In this document: positions 56,953-64,000 of the stretch, one piece after another
Layout: each line of letters starts with the position of its first letter
How positions within the stretch are numbered: the stretch's first letter is position 1
Source of the DNA: Phaeosaccion multiseriatum
Taxonomy: Eukaryota > Protista > Ochrophyta, other classes
Reading direction: 5' to 3'
Assembly: GCA_965112735.1 (NCBI GenBank)
Contig: OZ218957.1
Coordinates: 2,604,001-2,668,000 of the forward strand
Length of the DNA stretch: 64,000 bases
Made by a program: the position numbers and the translations under genes
Notes under the pieces: model-generated
Database searches by the model: none
What the model saw: the letters and a program-made list of their open reading frames with translations, nothing else
What the model was told of the DNA's origin: nothing

Positions 56953-57210
56953 CTCGACCCCTCACGTGCTACCGGCGCATTCTCGGTAGCATTGGTAGCA
57001 TGGCTGCTACTGAGCTAGCATGCTAGCATAGCAGGGCGGCAGGTAGCACGCCGGCTGACGCCGGCGGTAGCAAGTAGCAGGTAGGCTCGACCCCTGACAC
57101 ACTATCGCCCACATTCTCGATAGCGCGCTATCGGCCGCGGCCGATAGCGAATAGCGCGCCGGCTGGCGCCGGCGATAGCGGATAGCGGATAGTGTGTCAG
57201 GTCGAGTAGG
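56953..57210. mobile_element. Two related MITE-like foldback elements, one apparently nested in the other
   Basis: The unit at 57086-57206 has terminal inverted repeats CTCGA..CCTGACACACTATC / GATAGTGTGTCAGG.TCGAG and is flanked by TAGG on both sides (57082-57085, 57207-57210). A homologous unit starts at 56953. Confidence 0.65.
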
Positions 57211-57216
57211 CCCTAG

Positions 57217-57960
57217 CACGCACGCACGCACGCACACACACATATGTTTTAAGCTTCTGTGAAATGTATATTAGAGCTTATGGGCTCAGTATTGGAGCGC
57301 TCGAGGTAAGTTGTAACCATGTGTAAATGCGTGTATGTGTGGTATTGATGGAGCGTGATGTGGAGGGGAAGAGGATGGTAAGGGTGGTAGAGTAGAGGAT
57401 AATGGGGAATGGGAAGGGAGTGAGGGGGGGAGGAGGAGATGAAGGGGTGTGGGAAGGAGTGAGGTGGTGGAGGTGATATGTGAACTATCCTACTGTGGGT
57501 GGTGCGGGTGACAAGGCGTGACTAACTGTGGTTGCTATGCTGTGTGCTGATGGTCTCGCTGTCTGCTGGCTGGTGTACTCCTGCTCCTCAGGCGGCCGCT
57601 CCGTCGATGGCTCCCATGAGCCCCCAGTCGAGGGTTTCTGCTGCTTCGTGCTGCGTCATCGTGGCTCGAAGGAGGGTGCCATACCTGATCTCCCGCTGTG
57701 AGAGGGCGCGTTGAAGGGCGAGGGACAGTTGTTGGCGCAGGAGGCCCTTGATGGGGCCCGTGGCTGCCGCCGCTGCGGGGCCGAGCCCTCTTGATGCCTT
57801 GTGGATGGCCATCGCCTCGATGAGCTCGGCCGTTTGGTGGCCCAGTCTGCCGTACGTCTCGATTGCAATGCACTTCAGGGTTGAAGTCCCGGGCAGAAAA
57901 CTGCCCAGGTAGTGAATGCGCTTGCGCTCTTCGGCGGCGGCTGCTGCGTGGCAAGCAGGG
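57217..57960 (-). mobile_element. 5'-truncated non-LTR retrotransposon with restriction-like endonuclease C-terminus (CRE-like)
   Basis: A Met-less frame 57960->57588 reads HAAAAAEERKRIHY...LKCIAIETYGRLG...LRQQLSLALQRA, the typical AAxxAExxKxxxY / ETxGxxG / LSxALQR tail of RLE retroelements. It is followed by about 340 bp of 3' UTR and a (TG)n/(CGTG)n tail. Confidence 0.75.
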
Positions 57961-58147
57961 TGTGAGAGAAGAAAAATTTAAATTCTTCGAAAGAATCCCA
58001 AAATTGTGTGCCACGAGATCCAAGTTAACAACGAAAGGAGGAGGGCAGAGCAGGGCAGCCCAAGAAAAGAGGACATCCTACGAAAAAGAGACAGGAACAA
58101 AAAGGGCAGATAAGAGGGAGAGAGAAGGAAAGAGAAAGCGCTATCGG

Positions 58148-58570
58148 ATGGATTTGAGGAGCCTTGAGAAGCAATATGGGAGGGAGCTGCAGACCTCCTC
58201 CAGTACTGAGGCGGCTCTCACCGCTTGTATCGTTGAATTCTCGCAGTGCTTGGCAGATGAGGAGTGTGTAACTTGCAATACTGATGCGGCGGAGAGTGAT
58301 GATGATATCGATTGCACGACGACTGAGGACTACGAAGATTTGTGTGATGAATATCTGGCCAGTCAGACGTCCCCGACCTGCGACCAGAACCGCTTCGTGA
58401 CGAACCTTGGGACCTGCTTGGCGACATTTGTCTGCGCGGATGGGGTCGAAGGATCGTGCTCCTCTGCGGGGTCCTCCAGTCTGCCTCCCCTCACGCACAT
58501 GTCTACCCTCGCGCCTGCCCTGCTCGTGGGCCTTCTCTTCTGCAAGGGGCTCATCTTCCGCGGCGTGTAG
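58148..58570 (+). CDS. Small Cys-rich acidic protein with C-terminal hydrophobic (GPI/TM-like) tail
   Basis: RELQ motif, 10 Cys in an acidic domain, Ser-rich linker and hydrophobic end; no signal peptide is visible. Confidence 0.55.
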   Translation: MDLRSLEKQYGRELQTSSSTEAALTACIVEFSQCLADEECVTCNTDAAESDDDIDCTTTEDYEDLCDEYLASQTSPTCDQNRFVTNLGTCLATFVCADGVEGSCSSAGSSSLPPLTHMSTLAPALLVGLLFCKGLIFRGV

Positions 58571-58621
58571 GGCGGGATAAGGGTCATCGGGCTGACTTGC
58601 GGCGTCCTCAAGCAAGAGGGG

Positions 58622-58657
<36 letters not shown>

Positions 58658-59763
58658 AAGCCAAGGGTGGAGGGACTCGCGCAACGACACGCAGGCATGC
58701 CGCTCGGACAGATGCCGTGCTACTCTCTGCGGGAGAGAATGTTTCGAACCATGGATGATCCGCTGCTCGCCTGAGCCGGTCGGAGCCTGCCTTCCTGCCT
58801 GGCTGACCGGCGTTTACCCCGTGCGCGGCCCAACGCGCTTCGAGGTTATTGCTTCATGTGGTCCTCTCTATGGTGCTATTGGTACCATACGGTAGCGTGG
58901 GATTGTGGCCCTTCGACTCTTCTTCGCTCCGATCCTCGCTGCCGAAGTGAGGAGCCAGCCAGTGCTCAACCTGCTGCCGAGGCTCCTAGGCCATGTCAGT
59001 GTGTCAGAGTGCGTTTCGTGCGTGCGTGTGTTCGCACACCGCGGGTACATACCGGCAAATATCCAGGCAGTGTGGAGGATGCTGGTGGGCACTTCCAAAT
59101 AGCAAACTACTTGGGTTCCTCTGCAATGGTTATACTGTATACACTAATGTGTAATGTCTGTAATAGAGGACGCGTCTGCACGCGAGTTGGCCATCCAACG
59201 AAATCATTTGCTGTGTTGTACTCGCTCGATCTAGTCCCTCAGAGCTTTCTACTTTCATACAAGGCAGAGCGAGGTTTTCCCTTCCAGTCAAGCCCCGCCC
59301 AGCCACATTCACGCTCGCACGCACGCACAGAAGGAGCAGGAAGATACGCATTTTGAGAGAGAGAGAAGAGAGTAAGAGGGAGATCTGCGGTTGTGTGCGT
59401 GGGCTGGTATGTGTGTGAGTGAGTGTGTGTGTGCTCATGTGTGTATGGCTGTGTGCGAGCGTGTGTTTGATCGTGTGTGCGTGTGTGTGCTTTTGTGCGC
59501 GTGTGCGTGTGCTTGTTCGTGTATGCCTGTCTGTTCGTCTATCTCTCTCTTTCATGTTACTAACTAGAAGTACTTTACAAGCAGGACTACAAACTGAAGC
59601 CCCCGCCCGTCTATCGTTGTCTCCATGTCGAGAAGGTGAAGAAGGTCATTTCAGACTCCCTACTCAGCCCCTCAGCTCCTCAGCCCGATATCTCAGCCCC
59701 GCCCCGGCTCGTCGCAGTCACACAAAGTGCGAAAAAAACGAGCAGCAATAGCTATATCGAGCT

Positions 59764-62700
59764 CTACGATATTGAGCAAGTGTTACCGAAGTTGGCCTTC
59801 CGCGGCCCCCCTCGGACTTCCCCTGACCCGTCGCCACCTCCTCCTCCCTGCTCCTCCTCCGCCCTGTACTTGCCGACCGACCTGCCTCGAAGCCCTCCTC
59901 CTCCTCCTCCTCCTCTTCCTCCTCCCCCTCCTCCCCCTCCTTCGCCGTCGGGCAGGACTTTCTTGGTGTGGTGGTTGCTCTGCTTGGGTTTCCTCCTGGC
60001 ACCCCCAAAACCACCCCATCTGAACCGTGCTGCTTCTGCATCACCAACTGCTGATGACGTAGTCTCACTATCAACTGCTCCTCCTCCTCCTCCTCCTCCT
60101 CCTCCTGCTGCTGCTCCTGCTCCTCCTCCTGCTCCTCCTCCTCCTCCTGCTCCTCCTCCTCCTCCTCCTCCTCCTCCTCCTCCTCCTCCTCCTCCTCCTC
60201 CTCCTCCTCCTCCTCCTCCTCCTCCTCCTCCTCCTCCTCCTCCTCCTCCTCCTCCTCCTCCTCCTCCTCCTCCTCCTCCTCCTCCTCCTCCTCCTCCTCC
60301 TCCTCCTCCTCCTCCTCCTCCTCCTCCTCCTCCTCCTCCTCCTCCTCCTCCTCCTCCTCCTCCTCCTCCTCCTCCTCCTCCTCCTCCTCCTCCTCCTCCT
60401 CCTCCTCCTCCTCCCTCTGCTCGCGTACCCCCGCTTCTCTGTGAGATGCTGTTGCTACTTGGCCTTCTTCTGCTATTCTTATCCCCCCCACTATGGCTCT
60501 TTCTTACGCCAAAGGTGGTGCGAATGCCATCTAACACACTATTGGTACTCTTGTTGTGACTCGCCCGCTCCGTACTCCCTCCTCTCCGCTGCCTTAACGG
60601 CGATGCACCATCGCCGCTCCCTGTTCTGCTTCTGATCGTCGTCGAGTTGTTCTTCTGTTTATTCCTGGCACTGGCCTTGTTCTTCCCCCCCCCCCCCCCC
60701 TCTCCTCCTCCTCCTCCTCCACCACCCACACCACTCGACAGCAGCCTCCCTCCACTCGACAGCAACTTGGCCCCAGTCCCACCTGTACCAGTAGACAGGA
60801 GCTTTCCCGGAGCCGAGCCAGACAACGTGCCCACACTCGAAGACGAAGAAGCGCGGCGGATCCCTCTCAAGGACGGTGGCAGCTTGCCCTTGACGCCGCC
60901 CCGCACTCCCCCACCCTCACCGTTGGCTGCCATCGCGAGCATCGAGGCGGCGTAGTGGGCCTTTGCTGAGCCCCTTCGCCCCCCCCCGAGGGCCCTAAGG
61001 GTGCGGAGGTCGAGCTCGACGTCCTCGTGGTCCTTTGCTCCCGCCTCACTCCCCCTCGGAGGCGGTGTGTGATGTTGCTCCAGCCAGGCTTTGCAGAGGT
61101 GAGTGGTGCTCCATTCGGGAAACGTGTCACACGCAGCAGCACCTGTCGACGTCGCTGTATCACCAACTGCTGCTGGTGCGATAGTGGTGGGGGTGGGGGT
61201 GGTACTGTCGTCTGCTGCCATCTGCTGGGTCTTCGTGGTGGCGCAAAGAGCGACATGCTTGTGCTCGATCATTGCTTCGAGAAGGAACGCACGATACGAC
61301 GCCTCCATCAATCCACCGCTGCCGATGCCGTGGGCCCCTCCGTCACTACCGCCTCTGTCTCTCTCTCCGCCTCTGCGTCCATGTCTGTCTCTGTCTCTGT
61401 CTCTATCTCTATCTCTATCTGTGCTGGTTGTCCGTCGCCTCCCTGGCCCTGCTGCTGTCCTCTTTCGTTTCCGTTTGGCCCTCCTCACCGGCACCTCCAG
61501 TCTCTTCCTGTCGTGGTTCGTCCTCTGCTTGCCCTTCTGCTTCGCGTCGTCACCAACTGTGGAAGTGAGATCTTCCAACGTGTCCATCGCTACGAAGGGC
61601 GTTACCGGCGTGGACGTTTCGAGGTCTCCCTCGCCTCCATGGGCCCCGCTGTCCACTACTACTGCTGCTGCAGGCTCTTCCTTTGACTCCTGCTTCTCCT
61701 CCTCCACCACCACCTCCTCCTCCTCCTCCTTCTCCTCCTCCTCCTCCTCCTCACTACTACTAAAATCAATATCATCATCGTCACTACTACTACAGTCATC
61801 ATCATCGTCATCATCGCCACCACCACCGTCAGCAGAGTCCTCCTCATCCGACGTCGCCGCCAACCTCGCCGACAACGCCTGTCGGCCCCCCCCCCCCCCC
61901 CCCCCCCCCCAACCCCCCTCCTCCGCTTGGCCTCCGCATCCGCCGCCGCTTGCGCTTGCAAATGTCTGGGTACAAGGCCGTACTTCTGATAGAGGTCCAT
62001 CACTGCTCGAATCTCATGAACTTCCTCGGCCTTTGTGGCGTGTTCGAGGGCCTCCCCCATGTTCAGTAAGCATTCGTCAAAGAGCTCGCAGGCAAGCGCA
62101 CTCGCGGCAGTCTTGCAGCAGTACTCCACCACCTATATGGGGTAACAGTTTCGGTTTCGGTTTCAGATTTAGTTTCAGGTGGGGAATGGAAGATGGAAGT
62201 AAGTCAATGAGGGAGGGAGGGAGAGAGGGAGGGAGAGAGGAGGTGGAGTGGTGGGTGGGAGGGGGATGGGCGGGGGGTGCGAGAGAGGGAGGGAGGGAGG
62301 GAGGGACGGACGGACGGACGGACGAAGGGAGGGAGGTAGGTAGGTAGGTAGGTAGGTAGGTAGGTAGGTAGGTAGGTAGGTAGGTAGGTAGGGAGGGAGG
62401 GAGGGAGGGAGGGAGGGAGGGAGGGAGGGAGGGAGGGAGGGAGGGAGGGAGGGAGGGAGGGAGGGAGGGAGGGAGGGAGGGAGGGAGGGAGGGAGGGAGG
62501 GAGGGAGGGAGGGAGGGAGGGAGGGAGGGAGGGAGGGAGGGAGGGAGGGAGGGAGGGAGGGAGCGAGGGAGGGAGCGAGGGAGGGAGTGAGGGAGTGGGG
62601 GAGTGAGGGAGGGAGTGTGAGTGAGTGAGCCAGTGAGTGAGAGTGGTGGGTGAGTGAGTTAGCGAACATGGAAATGAGTGGGTGAGTGGGTGGGTGAGCG

Positions 62701-64000
62701 TGAGTGCGCGAAGAAGTGGATTGAGTGAGTGAGGAAATGAGGACGTGAGGAAGTGAGTGAGTGAGTGAGTGAGTGTGTGAGTGAGTGAGTGAGTGAGTGA
62801 GTGACAAGAGGGAGTGAGACATATCATTTCCAAAGAATGAGTAGCCTTTGACGATAGCCCTGTGAATGGATCAACTCACCTGCCCTGGCTCGGCGACGCC
62901 GTTGACGAGGTGATAGGAGATGAGCGGCAGATAGTCGGGTAGGGGGTCGAGGCGGAAGAGCTCTAGGTAGTACTTTGCGATGGCCTGAGGAGAGGGAGGG
63001 GAGGGAGGGAGGGGGGGGGAGAGAGAGGAAGGAAGGAAGGAAGGAAGGAAGGAACGAGGGAAGGAAGGAAGGAAGGATGGAAGGAAGGAAGGAAGGAAGG
63101 AAGGAAGGAAGGAAGGAAGGAAGGAAGGAAGGAAGGAAGGAAGGAAGGAAGGAAGGAAGGAAGGAAGGAAGGAAGGAAGGAAGGAAGGAAGGAAGGAAGG
63201 AAGGAAGGAAGGAAGGAAGAAAGGAAGGAAGGAAGGAAGGAAGGAAGGAAGGAAGGAAGGAAGGAAGAGAGGGAGGGAGGAAGGGTGGTGGCAGGGCAGT
63301 AGAGGCGTGAGGAGGAGTTAGTAGGAGTGAAAGCTTTCCCGTTCCATCCACGAAGCGCCCACGACCCCAGCATGTGCCACTGTGTGTGTACACTGTAGCA
63401 GAGCAGCTGGAGCGAGTCCCGGCGAGTCTCTGTCTTGGCGCATCAATCCACCGCACCAACGTCTTTCCTCCTCCCCTCCCTACCCCCCTCCCTCCTTCCC
63501 TCCGCATATGCCTCCACCCACCTGATGCATCTTGCTTCGGTCGCTGTTGGGTGTGAGGTCGTGCAACACATCCCTCACAATGATGTTCCGGAAGGAGTAA
63601 AACCCACCCCCTCCTCCCCCCTCCCCTCCTCCTCCTTCTCCTCCCTCCCCCCCGCCTACCACGAATCGCTCCTCCACCAGCGAGGCGACAATGCGTTGCA
63701 CGGCCTCGTGCGTACAGCCCAACACGGCTTGAAGCAACTCGACAGAGAAATCATATCCGGCCACGGAAGCGTAACGAAGCGCGTTCTTCTCCTGTACGCC
63801 GAGCTTTTCGAAGCGACACACAACGAGAATACCCATGCGACTCATCACGAGGTTCTGCTCCTCCTCGCCTCCTCCTCCTCCTCCTCCTCCTCCTCCTCCT
63901 CCTCCTCCTCCTCTTCCTCCCCCCCCCTCTCCTCCTGCCCCTCTGTCTCCCCCGCCTCCTCCCCCTTCGCCTCCCTCCCCTCTTGCGCCTCCTTCACCGC
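59764..64000 (-). CDS. STAND/AAA ATPase-associated protein (ADCY10/soluble adenylate cyclase-like C-terminal part), 5'-partial, ending in a CaaX box
   Basis: Exon about 63522-63860 reads RFEKLGVQEKNALRYASVAGYDFSVELL...FYSFRNIIVRDVLHD...RSKMHQ. Then come AIAKYY...LPLISYHL (62879-62985), TPR-like helices, a long low-complexity tail with poly-Gly and a terminal CSIS*. There is a frame break in the poly-C at about 61885-61910. The cyclase and P-loop domains are not in the window. Confidence 0.7.
62335..63270. repeat. Compound (GGTA)n/(GGGA)n/(GAGT)n/(GGAA)n microsatellites in introns
   Basis: Seen directly, either side of the 62879-62985 exon. Confidence 0.93.

Noticed and set aside
32538-59780. 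Functional link between the CAAX-protease-like gene and the CaaX-ending protein
   Set aside because: The CPBP protein appears plastid-targeted and the genes are 24 kb apart; there is no evidence of a shared pathway.
61880-61915. Possible 35-nt GT-AG poly-G micro-intron that would restore the frame
   Set aside because: It is much shorter than other introns here and has no branch site. A homopolymer length error in the 25-C run explains the shift equally well.

Overview
Eukaryotic nuclear DNA, gene-dense and intron-rich, with microsatellite-filled introns. It most likely comes from a photosynthetic stramenopile (ochrophyte), because two genes carry bipartite signal + Phe-motif plastid presequences. 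Most ORFs in the supplied track are repeat artefacts, so I assembled gene models by hand from GT-AG exons; exon boundaries are manual. Genes: an SLC12 cation-chloride cotransporter, an intronless F-box-like/ankyrin-like family (one intact copy, one frameshifted, one fragment), canonical poly(A) polymerase, plastid EF-P, a VAP/MSP protein, a PA-domain protein, a plastid CPBP/Abi protease, a telobox Myb (TRF-like) protein, NTAQ1, a signal-peptide beta-barrel-like protein, a PDZ+VHL-beta protein, a STAND-type (ADCY10-like) protein ending in a CaaX box, and several unknowns. Mobile DNA near 57 kb: a nested pair of MITE-like foldback elements and a 5'-truncated RLE-type (CRE-like) non-LTR retroelement. 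The most unusual signal is non-coding. A small set of 10-17 nt words recurs across the window, and inside introns most of them are polarised: the G-rich strand lies near the donor and the C-rich complement near the acceptor. No rRNA, tRNA or CRISPR array was seen.
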